Shown piece after piece: positions 16,824-26,341 of a stretch of 64,000 nt of DNA. The position numbers and the translations under genes are program-made. The notes under the pieces were generated by a model. It had not been told where the DNA came from. It did no database searches and was given only the letters and a program-made list of their open reading frames with translations. Source of the stretch: Candidatus Eremiobacteria bacterium (GTDB lineage: Bacteria; Vulcanimicrobiota; Vulcanimicrobiia; Vulcanimicrobiales; Vulcanimicrobiaceae); the NCBI GenBank assembly GCA_963737065.1, contig CAVTRC010000001.1:704001-768000 (forward strand), read 5' to 3'. The first letter of the stretch is position 1, and each line of letters starts with the position of its first letter.

Positions 16824-18499
16824 GCGACCCACGCCTTTTGGCCATCCCCGATATTCATGGACACGCGAAGGGCGAGCACCGTGCTTTTGCCGAGGAGCGT
16901 CCCATCGCGTATTCACCGCGCATGCTCTTTCTGTGGTTTTATCACGCGTGCCGTCGCAACTCGCCGCGGTACATGATGGTGAGCGACCACGTGAACTATT
17001 TGACGTTTGAAGATCCCGGTGCGGTGCACACCGTGCGGCGCGCGCTCAAACTCGCGCATGCCGGCGACTTATACGGTGCGGCGGAAACAGCGGGCGTCGA
17101 CGTTGCGCATGCCGCGGTCGTAAGCGAAGGTTTGCGCAGGGGCATGCGCTTCTCCATTGGTGCGGAGGTCGACAACGATCCGCGTGCGAGACCCGATGCG
17201 CAGAATATCGTTGATGCAATGCGGCCGGACGGAATCATTCGCTCGGTCCATTTCTTGTCCGTCGATCACCCGGAAAAGGGCGCGGATTTCCAATGGCCCT
17301 ACGATAGCGCAGAGTTTGCCTTTTTGTGGGATCACGTGGGCGTCGAGCGCGCGTGGGAAGTTTATGTCGACCGCCTCGTCGACGATGTGGAGAAACTTCC
17401 CGGCCATGTCGTCGGACACTTCTATAAGCCGGCGATTTTGGGACACTGGCCCGACGACGTGAAGCTGCAGGCGTACGAGGATCGTATGCTCGATGCGGCG
17501 GCGGCGCGCGGCATGGCGGTGGAGATCAATACGCGTCCGCTCTACCGCGAATATTCTGACGAAGACCGCCAAAAGTACATCGACGTCAACAAGCGGCTGA
17601 TGCGCAAGGCGCAGCAAAAGGGTGTCGGCATCGCGATCGGTTCGGATGCGCACAGTCCGAAAGATCAGGCCGGTGCGTTCGAGGTCGTGCTGCAGATGCT
17701 CGACGAATGCGAGATCAACGAGATCGTGTTTCCCGTCAACGGACGGCTCGCGCGCGTTGTGCTGCGCGCAACGCGCGAGCATCTCGAAGCGCAACAACGC
17801 GCGCCCGAACCGTTGCAACCGGGAAGCAGCATCAGCGGTCTCGGGCGCGCGGAACTCGGGCTTCCCGAAGAACCGGAACGTCCGGCGGAAAAACCGCCGC
17901 GTGAACCGGCCGTTGCAAAGACCGCACGAGACACCGGTCCGAAGAAACGCGCGAGCAGTCCGGCACGCACCACGAAGAAGCCGGCCGCCGAAGAGCAGCC
18001 GGCAAAAGCAGCGACGTCGTCGTCGAAACGCAGCGCCGAATCAGCGGCATCCTCAGCGAAAGCGAAGGACACAAAAACCGCCGTAAGACCTGCCCCCGCG
18101 GTAAAGAGAAGCGCGGCTCCCGAGAAAAAGGCATCTGCCGAAAAGAAACCGGCAAAGAAATCACCGAACGCGTCAAAAGCCGCGCCCGCGAAAAAGGCGA
18201 ACGCAAAGAAAGCGAAGGCGCCCGCGAAAAAGACCGCTGCGAAGAAGGCTGTTCCGGCTCCAAAGAAAGCAACGGGCAAAAAAGCGGCGCCGAAGAAGCT
18301 TGCCGCGAAAAAACCCGTGCGACCAAAGAAGTCCCCGGCGAAGCCCGCCGCGAAGCCCGCGGCAAAGCCCGCCGCAAAAGCAGCTGCGAAGAAGGGCACC
18401 GCGAAGAAGCCTTCATCGACCGCAAAACCGGTGAAGAAAGGCTCGAAGCCGTCTAGCAAAGGGACGACGAAGAAAAAATCGACTAACAAGAGACGTTGA
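16820..18499 (+). CDS. PHP-domain (histidinol-phosphatase-like) hydrolase with long Lys/Ala/Pro-rich histone-H1-like C-terminal tail
   Basis: DIHGH, SDH, GAEVD, SVH, VGH, EINT and GSDAH motifs, then a tail of PAKK/AAKK repeats. Start uncertain (CTG 16820 after AAGGAAG, or TTG 16838). Confidence 0.82.
   Translation: MSDPRLLAIPDIHGHAKGEHRAFAEERPIAYSPRMLFLWFYHACRRNSPRYMMVSDHVNYLTFEDPGAVHTVRRALKLAHAGDLYGAAETAGVDVAHAAVVSEGLRRGMRFSIGAEVDNDPRARPDAQNIVDAMRPDGIIRSVHFLSVDHPEKGADFQWPYDSAEFAFLWDHVGVERAWEVYVDRLVDDVEKLPGHVVGHFYKPAILGHWPDDVKLQAYEDRMLDAAAARGMAVEINTRPLYREYSDEDRQKYIDVNKRLMRKAQQKGVGIAIGSDAHSPKDQAGAFEVVLQMLDECEINEIVFPVNGRLARVVLRATREHLEAQQRAPEPLQPGSSISGLGRAELGLPEEPERPAEKPPREPAVAKTARDTGPKKRASSPARTTKKPAAEEQPAKAATSSSKRSAESAASSAKAKDTKTAVRPAPAVKRSAAPEKKASAEKKPAKKSPNASKAAPAKKANAKKAKAPAKKTAAKKAVPAPKKATGKKAAPKKLAAKKPVRPKKSPAKPAAKPAAKPAAKAAAKKGTAKKPSSTAKPVKKGSKPSSKGTTKKKSTNKRR
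18338..18383 (+). repeat. Degenerate 12-bp tandem repeat encoding (AKPA)n
   Basis: gcgaagcccgcc gcgaagcccgcg gcaaagcccgcc gcaaaagca. Confidence 0.7.
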
Positions 18500-18511
18500 G
18501 GAGTCGTAGCT

Positions 18512-20569
18512 ATGGCGGAGATCGATCGCCGGCGCAATATCGCTTTCGTGGGCCCGCATCACGCCGGCAAAACCACGCTCGTGGAGGCCGTGCTCGCGCA
18601 TTGTGGGGCGATCGGCCGCCGCGGTTCGATCGCCGACGGTACGACCGTCACCGATCACGAACCCGAAGATATATCCCACGCGCAGTCCACGACCGTCGGA
18701 TTCGCGCACTGCTCGTGCGGACCGATCGATGCCACGATCGTCGATTGTCCCGGATTCATCGACTTCTTCGAGGAGACGAAGATGGTCCTCGGCGGCGTCG
18801 ATGCTGCCGTCATCGTCGTCGATGCGGATCCTTCGCGTGCTTCGCACACGCAGACGCTCGTAGATTATGTCGAGTCGCGGAAGATGCCGCACTGTTTCGT
18901 CGTCAATAAAATGGATCGGCCGGGCGCGGATTTCGAAGGTACGCTGCAAGCGCTACAGGCGCTGTACGGACGCCACGTCGTCGCGGAACAATGGCCCGTC
19001 GTCGACAAGTCGAAAGCGAACGATAAATCGAGCGGATTTGCCGCGTACGTCGACCTCGCCGACATGACCGCGCACGCATTCGCCGGCGACGGCGAAGCAG
19101 ACGCCGCCGTCCCGGGTGAGATTCTCGATCGGGTCAAAAGCGCGCACACCGAGTTGCTCGAAGCGATCGCCGATTTCGACGACCATTTGATGGAAGAGTT
19201 ACTCGAAGGCGTGGAGCCGGCGCTCGAGGAGGTGGAACGCGACCTATGCGATGAGTGCGCACACGACCAAATCGTGCCGGTCCTCGTCACATCCGCAGCA
19301 ACCGGTAACGGCGTCGGCGCACTCGTGCGCGCGATCGAGAAGTGGTTGCCCTCGCCCGCGCAAGCGCCGCAGCTCGACGCCGAAGGACGCGAGATCGCAG
19401 CCGACGCAGATGCACCGGTCGTGGCGCGCGTCATCAAGACGATCAATCATCCGCAGTCCGGCAAACTTTCCGTCGTTCGCGTGCTCTGCGGGACCCTCAA
19501 AGCCGACGCAACACTCACCGACATCTCGGCAAACGATGAAAAAGCGCGCTCCGGCGGTCTCTATCGGTTGCAAGGAAAGAAGCAAGAAGCGATTACCGAA
19601 GCGGGGCCGGGATCGATCGTGGCGATCGCGCGCCTGGAACCGGTCAAAACGGGAGACACCCTCACAAGCAACGGCCACAAGGTTCTTCTTCCGCGCGCAC
19701 CGGTCGCCGAGCCGTGCTTTGCAATGGCGATCAAGCCCAAAGACCGCATCGACGAAGCAAAAATCTTCCAGATGCTGGCCCGGATCGTGGACGAAGACCC
19801 GGCGTTGCGCTTAGCACGTGCCGATATCACGAACGAATTTCTCCTTCTCGGCAGCGGCGAGCAGCACGTTACGATCGCAGTCGAACGTCTCGCACGAAAA
19901 TATAAAGTCGAAGTGGAGATGGCGGCGCCTCAGATTCCGTACCAAGAGACGATCACGACGGGCACCGAGATTCACTCGCGCTACAAACACCAAACGGGCG
20001 GTCACGGACAATTCGGCGACGTGTGGCTTCGCTTTGAGCCGCGCGAACGCGGCAACGGCGTGACGTTCGACGAGAAAATCGTCGGCGGCGTCGTGCCGAG
20101 GCAATTCATCCCGGCGGTCGAAAAAGGCGTGCGCGAAGCGCTGATGCATGGTCCGAACGGATATCCGGTTACGGACATTCACGTGACGCTCTACGACGGG
20201 CAGTATCATGACGTCGACTCGAGCGAACAATCGTTCAAGACCGCGGCCGGTATGGGCGTTCGCGATGCGCTTCCGAAGTGCCATCCGGTCGTGCTCGAAC
20301 CGGTCTCACGCGTGACGGTCACCGTGCCGACGCATTACACGTCGACCGTGATTCAGCAACTCACCGGAAAGCGCGGGCAGATCCTCGGGATGAATCCCGC
20401 GGATCGAAGCGGATCCGATGTCATCGAGGCGGACGTGCCGCAAGTGGAGCTTTCACGCTATATCACGGAGTTACGCACGGCGACGCAGGGGCTGGGTACG
20501 TACGGCGCTCGCCACGACCGCTATGACCCGGTGCCCGGAAATCGCGTAGGACCGAAGGCCGCCGTGTAG
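18512..20569 (+). CDS. Elongation factor G-like protein (EF-G2 type paralog)
   Basis: GPHHAGKTT, DCPGF, NKMDR, HQTGGHGQFG and YHDVDSSE motifs. Switch I diverges from canonical FusA. Confidence 0.9.
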   Translation: MAEIDRRRNIAFVGPHHAGKTTLVEAVLAHCGAIGRRGSIADGTTVTDHEPEDISHAQSTTVGFAHCSCGPIDATIVDCPGFIDFFEETKMVLGGVDAAVIVVDADPSRASHTQTLVDYVESRKMPHCFVVNKMDRPGADFEGTLQALQALYGRHVVAEQWPVVDKSKANDKSSGFAAYVDLADMTAHAFAGDGEADAAVPGEILDRVKSAHTELLEAIADFDDHLMEELLEGVEPALEEVERDLCDECAHDQIVPVLVTSAATGNGVGALVRAIEKWLPSPAQAPQLDAEGREIAADADAPVVARVIKTINHPQSGKLSVVRVLCGTLKADATLTDISANDEKARSGGLYRLQGKKQEAITEAGPGSIVAIARLEPVKTGDTLTSNGHKVLLPRAPVAEPCFAMAIKPKDRIDEAKIFQMLARIVDEDPALRLARADITNEFLLLGSGEQHVTIAVERLARKYKVEVEMAAPQIPYQETITTGTEIHSRYKHQTGGHGQFGDVWLRFEPRERGNGVTFDEKIVGGVVPRQFIPAVEKGVREALMHGPNGYPVTDIHVTLYDGQYHDVDSSEQSFKTAAGMGVRDALPKCHPVVLEPVSRVTVTVPTHYTSTVIQQLTGKRGQILGMNPADRSGSDVIEADVPQVELSRYITELRTATQGLGTYGARHDRYDPVPGNRVGPKAAV

Positions 20570-20590
20570 CGGGCCGCAAAAGACAGGCGG

Positions 20591-22219
20591 GTGAAACGAG
20601 CCTTTGCTCTCGTGGCAATGACCGCCATGATTTGCGGTTGTTCGAAAGTCTCCACGTCGAGCGGCGTGACGAGCGGAGATCACTCGTGGACGAAACCGGG
20701 CCTGCTTCGGGTGTCGATTCAGTCCGAGCCGAAGAGCCTCAATACACTGCTGTCGTCGAACACAACGGACGGCATGATTGATGAGCTCATCTTCGATCCG
20801 CTCGTTAGCGCGGATCCGAAGGGCAACCTTGTGCCGGTGCTGGCGACGGAGGTTCCTACAGAGGACAACGGCGGCATCAGCAAAGACGGTTTAACGGTCA
20901 CGTATCATCTCCATAAAGACGTCACGTGGAGCGACGGCCAGCCGCTGACGAGCAAAGACGTGAAGTTTTCGTGGCAAGCGATGATGATTCGAGACAACAA
21001 CGTGGTGTCGCGCCACGGTTTTGATGAGGTCTCATCGGTCGACACACCCGATGATACGACGGTCGTTCTTCATCTCAAAGAGAAGTTTGCGCCGATCATC
21101 GTCGAGTTCTTCGGACCCAGCGACAACCCCGAAGAGGTCGCGCCGGAACACGTCCTCGCCAAGTATCCGAACATCAATCAAATTCCGTTCAATAACGAGC
21201 CGATTGGGTCGGGCCCCTTCAAACTCGCAGAGTGGGTCAAAGGCGATCATATCACCCTCGTCGCAAACGACAAGTACTTCCGCGGCGCGCCGGCCGTCAA
21301 GCAAATCATCATCCGCGTGGTTCCCGACGAGAACACGTCGTTGAACTTGCTGCGCACGCACGAGATCGACTGGATGTTCGAGCCGTCGTATGCCACGTAT
21401 GCGGCGTTGCGCACGATGCAAAACGTTACAACGCATTTCAACGACATCAACGGCTGGGAAGGCATGTGGATCAACACCTCACATGCGCCGCTCAATGACC
21501 TCCGCGTCCGTCGCGCGATCGCCTACGCGACCGATAAGAAACAGTTGCTCGACGAGCTGACGTTCAGTCAAGAAAAGCTTGCGACGGAAGATTTGCCCGA
21601 CTGGATCTGGGCCTACAATCCAAACGTCACGACGTATCCACACGACGTCGCGAAAGCGCGCCAACTATTGGAAAGCGACGGCTATGCGGCCGGCGCCGAT
21701 GGAACGATGAAAAAGAACGGCGAGAAAATCTCCCTGCTCATCGTGACGAACGTCAGCAACGCCACCCGCCGCAAAGCAAGCGTGCTGCTGCAATCGATGC
21801 TTCGGCAAGTGGGAATCGAAAGTCAGATCAAGTACTTCGATGGTGCCACGCTCTTCGCGCCTGCGCCGGTCGGCATTCTGCAAACGGGAAAATTCGATCT
21901 CGCACTGGCCGGGTGGTTCTCCGGCGTCGACCCTGACAATTCGTCGCAGTACGTCTGCAAGAACATCCCGCCCGCGGGCTACAACTACACCCGGTACTGC
22001 TCGCCGCGGATGGACGCGGCGCAGCGTCAGGCGCTCGAAAATTACGATCAGCCGACGCGGAAGAAAGCGTACGCGCAGATAGAAGAACTCTTGGCGACCG
22101 ACGTGCCGCAGGTGTTTTTCTGGTGGAATCGGCAAGCGCAAGCGATAAACCCCGATTTCAAAAACTTTGATCCTAATCCCGTCTCGGAGTCGTGGAACGC
22201 GTATCAATGGAGCATTTAG
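20591..22219 (+). CDS. Peptide ABC transporter substrate-binding lipoprotein (family 5)
   Basis: Lipobox-like ICGC, LHKDVTWSDGQPLTSKDVKFSW, PIGSGPFKL and VRRAIAYA motifs. Confidence 0.9.
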   Translation: MKRAFALVAMTAMICGCSKVSTSSGVTSGDHSWTKPGLLRVSIQSEPKSLNTLLSSNTTDGMIDELIFDPLVSADPKGNLVPVLATEVPTEDNGGISKDGLTVTYHLHKDVTWSDGQPLTSKDVKFSWQAMMIRDNNVVSRHGFDEVSSVDTPDDTTVVLHLKEKFAPIIVEFFGPSDNPEEVAPEHVLAKYPNINQIPFNNEPIGSGPFKLAEWVKGDHITLVANDKYFRGAPAVKQIIIRVVPDENTSLNLLRTHEIDWMFEPSYATYAALRTMQNVTTHFNDINGWEGMWINTSHAPLNDLRVRRAIAYATDKKQLLDELTFSQEKLATEDLPDWIWAYNPNVTTYPHDVAKARQLLESDGYAAGADGTMKKNGEKISLLIVTNVSNATRRKASVLLQSMLRQVGIESQIKYFDGATLFAPAPVGILQTGKFDLALAGWFSGVDPDNSSQYVCKNIPPAGYNYTRYCSPRMDAAQRQALENYDQPTRKKAYAQIEELLATDVPQVFFWWNRQAQAINPDFKNFDPNPVSESWNAYQWSI

Positions 22220-22761
22220 GTCACCCCGACCAACCTACAGGTCCGCTTCCCGAACTCATCTGGTTGAAAAAGATTATCGTCGAACGCGCGCTTACGCGCG
22301 GAGAATACATGCTCTCCGGCGGCGCGCGCAGCGACTACTACATCGATAAATTCCGGCTCTTCTCCGATCCGCACGTCCTCCGCCGCATCGCACGCATGTT
22401 CGTCCCCGTCCTGACGGAGACCAATCCGGACCTCATCGCGGGCACGGAGCTTGGCGGCGTCGTCATCGCAACGGCCGTTTCGCAGTTATCGGGAATTCCG
22501 ATGATCGCAGTGCGCAAATCGCCGAAAGCCTACGGCGCGTTCGCAAACGAATACGTCGAAGGCCCGTTCGATGCCGGGCAACACGTGCTGCTGCTCGAAG
22601 ATGTCGTCACATCGGGACGCGAGTTGCTCGCAGCGAAGGCACGGCTGGAAGAACTCGGGCTGCGCGTCACCGCATGCGCGGTCGTCAGCCGCGGCCTGGC
22701 TCCAATCCGCGCCTTGATTCAATTCTCACTGCCCCGCGGCCAAGCAAAGACGGAAAACTAA
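22207..22761 (+). CDS. pyrE: Orotate phosphoribosyltransferase-like PRTase
   Basis: LSGGARSDYYID, VRK and the PRPP motif VLLLEDVVTSG. Confidence 0.7.
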   Translation: MEHLGHPDQPTGPLPELIWLKKIIVERALTRGEYMLSGGARSDYYIDKFRLFSDPHVLRRIARMFVPVLTETNPDLIAGTELGGVVIATAVSQLSGIPMIAVRKSPKAYGAFANEYVEGPFDAGQHVLLLEDVVTSGRELLAAKARLEELGLRVTACAVVSRGLAPIRALIQFSLPRGQAKTEN

Positions 22762-22774
22762 TAACTGCAGGCCA

Positions 22775-23233
22775 TTACGGCAGCGAGGCGAGCACCTCTT
22801 GAGCGTGTCCGTCGACTTTCACCTTCGGCCACACTTTCACGATCTTGCCTTTCGGATCGATCAAGAACGTCGAACGCGCCACTCCTTTCGTGATCTTTCC
22901 GTACATATTTTTCTCTACGATCACGCCCATTGCGTCGCAGAGCTTTGAATCCGTATCAGCAAGCAACGTAAACGGGAAGCCGAACTTCTTTTTGAACTTC
23001 TGATGCGATTCGACCGAATCGCGGCTAACGCCGACGATCGTCGCCTTCTTCTTTTGGAATTCGGCGTACAGATCGGCAAACTGCGTGCCTTCGTTGGTTC
23101 AACCTGGTGTATCGTCTTTCGGATAGAACCACATCACCACGTTGCCCTTACCGAGAAGATCGTGAGTCGACACACGAATTCCCCGGTCGTCGAGCAACGT
23201 GAGGTCCGGCAACGTATCACCTTCGGTTAACAT
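22775..23233 (-). CDS. bcp: Peroxiredoxin BCP/PrxQ with in-frame TGA at the peroxidatic position (probable selenocysteine)
   Basis: One frame reads MLTEGD...WFYPKDDTPG-TGA(23099-23101)-TNEGTQFADLY...GVSRDSVESHQKFKKKFGFPFTLLAD...RSTFLIDPKGKIVKVWPKVKVDGHAQEVL*. 152 aa with a GGAGG RBS. Confidence 0.88.
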
Positions 23234-23327
23234 CCGCATCTCCTCCCCTCCCGCGATGACGAGCGAAGCGATTCGTACGCAAGGTACTCTCCGTCGACGA
23301 CGATAATGAGCGTCTCGGTCGCCATAG

Positions 23328-23885
23328 ATGTCGCCTGATTCGCCGCAACCCGCGCTTCGCCCGCCGCATCCGCTCGCGCTCGAGTTGGTCGATTGCCTTC
23401 GCGATCGCGCGGGCGCGTCGGTTCTCGAAATCGGGCGCGGCAGCGGCCGCAATACGCGCGTGCTTCAAGCGGCCGGCTTCCGCGTCATCGGTCTGGACGA
23501 CGAAGAAACGGCGGCCGGCGCATTGAGCACGCATACGTTTTTGCACGGCACACCGGCATCGATGCATGCAATGCTTGCGCGCGTAGCGGAAAGGCTCGCG
23601 CACTCCGCACCGTTTTTCGTCACATTTGGCTCCGTACGTGACGCGCGCTACGGCCAGGGAACGCGGATCGACGAACATGTGTACGCGCCTGATTTCGGAG
23701 ACGAACGAGGCGTGCCGCATGCATTTTTCAATGCGCGGACGTTGCGGCTGTTCCTAGCGCAAGCAGCGTGGTGCGTGGAATCGCTGCGCGAGGAGCCGGT
23801 CGACGACGTAGCGGGGACATGGGCGCACGAGCAGTCGCCGTTGCGCGGTGCGTTCCACTGGTTTACGGTACTGCGCCGTCAATAG
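23328..23885 (+). CDS. Class I SAM-dependent methyltransferase-like protein
   Basis: VLEIGRGSGRN motif I, followed by VIGLD. Confidence 0.65.
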   Translation: MSPDSPQPALRPPHPLALELVDCLRDRAGASVLEIGRGSGRNTRVLQAAGFRVIGLDDEETAAGALSTHTFLHGTPASMHAMLARVAERLAHSAPFFVTFGSVRDARYGQGTRIDEHVYAPDFGDERGVPHAFFNARTLRLFLAQAAWCVESLREEPVDDVAGTWAHEQSPLRGAFHWFTVLRRQ

Positions 23886-24196
23886 CGCGGAATCGAAGCG
23901 TCGATCTCCAGCGCATAGGCGTCGATCCCGCCATCGACGTTGCATACATCGGCGAAACCGCGCGCCTCGAGGAACGCCGCGACACGCTCGCTTCGACCTC
24001 CATGGTGACACATCACTGCGATCGGTGTATTTTGCGGCAGCTCACCGACACGCGCCGGAATCTCGCGCATCGGAATCATGACGCTCTCGGGCAGCGCCGC
24101 GGCTGCAACTTCATCCGGTTCACGGACGTCGAGCAGCACGAACGCTTTTCCCTCCCGCCGCCAACGAGCGAGATCTTTCACGCTGATCTCGCGCAT
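23879..24196 (-). CDS. Rhodanese-like domain protein
   Basis: LLDVREPDE, CHHGGRS and GGIDAY motifs. Confidence 0.9.
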   Translation of the reverse strand: MREISVKDLARWRREGKAFVLLDVREPDEVAAAALPESVMIPMREIPARVGELPQNTPIAVMCHHGGRSERVAAFLEARGFADVCNVDGGIDAYALEIDASIPRY

Positions 24197-24984
24197 TACG
24201 TCGCGCTCCGTGTCGAGATAAGATTACGCAACGGACTCGACGCGTTCGCATAGAGCCGCTTCTCCATACGTCCGGCGAGAAACGCTTCGCGACCGGCAAC
24301 GACGGCATGTTTCATCGCGCGTGCCATGAGTACCGGATCGTTCGCGGCCGCGATGCCGGTGTTCATCAGCAAAGCATCGACGCCGAGTTCCATCGCGATC
24401 GCGGCGTCGGAAGCGGTACCCACGCCCGCGTCGACGATCACCGGGACCTGTGCGCGTTCTTTGATGATCCGAATCGTATATGGATTGCAGACCCCGAGCC
24501 CGCTGCCGATCGGCGCGGCGAGCGGCATCACGGCCGCGCATCCGAGTTCTTCCAATTGTTTGCATACGACCGGATCGTCGCCGATATACGGCAATACCGT
24601 GAATCCGTCCGCGATCAACTGCTCGGCCGCCGCTAAGGTTTCACGCGCGTCCGGATGCAGCGTTTGGGCGTCGCCGATGACTTCGAGTTTGACTAAATCG
24701 GTTTCGAGCAACTCACGCGCGAGTTGCGCAGTGAGCACTGCGTCTTTTGCGGTGTAGCAGCCGGCGGTGTTCGGAAGAATGCGAAGCTTCGCGCGGTCGA
24801 TGTAATCGAGCATCGTCTTGCCGGTCGGATCGTCGAGATTGATCCGGCGAATCGCGACCGTCACCATCTCCGCGCCGCTCGCGGCATGCGCTTCCTGCAT
24901 CACTTCAATCGACGGATACTTTCCGGTCCCGACAATCAGACGCGAGCCGAACTGGTACTTTCCGATACTGAGCGTGTCGTTCAT
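24196..24984 (-). CDS. thiG: Thiazole synthase
   Basis: [34 protein letters not shown] and VDAGVG motifs. Confidence 0.96.
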   Translation of the reverse strand: MNDTLSIGKYQFGSRLIVGTGKYPSIEVMQEAHAASGAEMVTVAIRRINLDDPTGKTMLDYIDRAKLRILPNTAGCYTAKDAVLTAQLARELLETDLVKLEVIGDAQTLHPDARETLAAAEQLIADGFTVLPYIGDDPVVCKQLEELGCAAVMPLAAPIGSGLGVCNPYTIRIIKERAQVPVIVDAGVGTASDAAIAMELGVDALLMNTGIAAANDPVLMARAMKHAVVAGREAFLAGRMEKRLYANASSPLRNLISTRSAT

Positions 24985-24991
24985 AGGGTTC

Positions 24992-25192
24992 CTATCCGCC
25001 GGCGACGGCCCGAATGATTTCGATCGTATCGCCGTCGGCGATCTGCTGTGTCTTGAATTCCGCGCGACGCACCACTCGGTCGTTGTGCGACACCGCTATA
25101 CCCGATCGCGGTGCACCGACATCTTCGAGCAGCTTCGAAACGGTCGTTCCGTCCGCAAGCTCGCGCAGCTCACCGTTGATCGTCGCCTTCAC
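24992..25192 (-). CDS. thiS: Sulfur carrier protein ThiS
   Basis: 66 aa, ends in AVAGG, lies between thiO and thiG. Confidence 0.93.
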   Translation of the reverse strand: MKATINGELRELADGTTVSKLLEDVGAPRSGIAVSHNDRVVRRAEFKTQQIADGDTIEIIRAVAGG

Positions 25193-26334
25193 GGTTGCGA
25201 CATTCGCTTCGGCGCTGCGCCTTCTTTTTCAAACCGAGCGAGCAGCCACGGTTCCAGCGCAGACACGTCGCCACGTTCGATAAAATTCGCAATGAGGCGC
25301 GCCGTGACGGGCGTCAAGACGATGCCGTTGCGATAATGACCCGTCGCGACGATAAGTCCATCAACGGCGGTCGGGCCGAGAATGGGCCGCTGATCCGGTG
25401 TACCGGGGCGCAGTCCTGCCCACGTTTCGGTCAGCGCGAACCCACCCAGCGCGGGTGCGGCGTCAAGCGCTGAGTCAAGCAGCGAACGCATGCCCTCCGC
25501 GGTTACGCGCTCATCGAATCCGACGCGTTCCACGGTTGCGCCCACCAGTAGCCGGCCATCGTCGCGTGGAACGAAATACGCGCCCGGAACCCACGTCGTG
25601 CGCTTCAAAAATCCGCGCGGCATCGCAAGCGCGAGCATCTGTCCTTTGATCGGCTCGAGCGGCAACTCGCACGCGCGCGGTATCCCCGGCAACGATCCGC
25701 TCCATGCTCCCGCCGCGACGATCACGTGCGAGGCTGATGCGAAGCCTAGCGCGCTGCGCACACCGAGCACGCGCCGCGCGTCCGTTTCCACGGCAACGTC
25801 GCGCGCTTCACGTACGATCGACACGCCGGCCGATTCACAGGCGGCGGTCAACGCGCGCCCTAAGCGTCGATTATCGACCGCTCCTTCGCCGGAAACGACG
25901 ATTGCGCCGCGTACGTGACGTCCGAGTGACGGCTCGGCGAGCATTACATCAGCGCGCTCCAACACCCGGCACGCGACGCCCTGCGCGTTGAGCCGGCCGG
26001 CGTACGAGCATAGCTCTTGCATGCGCGCGTCATCGAATGCAGCGCTTACGATTCCGTCGAGATGGAGATGGACGCTCAGGCCGCTCGCCTCTTCGATGGC
26101 TCGAACGAATCTCGGGTAGAGCGCCAGTGAGTCCGCGCAAAGACGCGTAAGCGCTCCGTCGTTCATGCGTTCCGTGTACGGCGCGAGCATGCCCGCGCCG
26201 GCCCATGATGCGGCGCGGCCCGGCAGATCGCGTTCGAAAACCCGCACGGTTGCACCGCGCATCGCCAACTCGCGCGCGATAGCGAGACCGATCAATCCGC
26301 CGCCGACGATCGCAACGTCACCCGAAAGTTTCAC
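25189..26334 (-). CDS. thiO: Glycine oxidase ThiO
   Basis: GGGLIG, ASWAGAGML, PIKGQ, WAGLRPG and GHYRNG motifs. GTG start at 26334. Confidence 0.9.
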   Translation of the reverse strand: MKLSGDVAIVGGGLIGLAIARELAMRGATVRVFERDLPGRAASWAGAGMLAPYTERMNDGALTRLCADSLALYPRFVRAIEEASGLSVHLHLDGIVSAAFDDARMQELCSYAGRLNAQGVACRVLERADVMLAEPSLGRHVRGAIVVSGEGAVDNRRLGRALTAACESAGVSIVREARDVAVETDARRVLGVRSALGFASASHVIVAAGAWSGSLPGIPRACELPLEPIKGQMLALAMPRGFLKRTTWVPGAYFVPRDDGRLLVGATVERVGFDERVTAEGMRSLLDSALDAAPALGGFALTETWAGLRPGTPDQRPILGPTAVDGLIVATGHYRNGIVLTPVTARLIANFIERGDVSALEPWLLARFEKEGAAPKRMSQP

Positions 26335-26341
26335 GCCGGCG

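Noticed and set aside
17665..18537. 290-aa Phe/Ala-rich minus-strand ORF that looks like a membrane protein
   Set aside because: Antisense shadow of the Lys/Ala codon repeats in the PHP tail.
18512..20569. Canonical fusA or a tetracycline ribosomal-protection protein
   Set aside because: Not in an str operon, and the divergent switch I with DCPGF fits the known EF-G2 paralogs.
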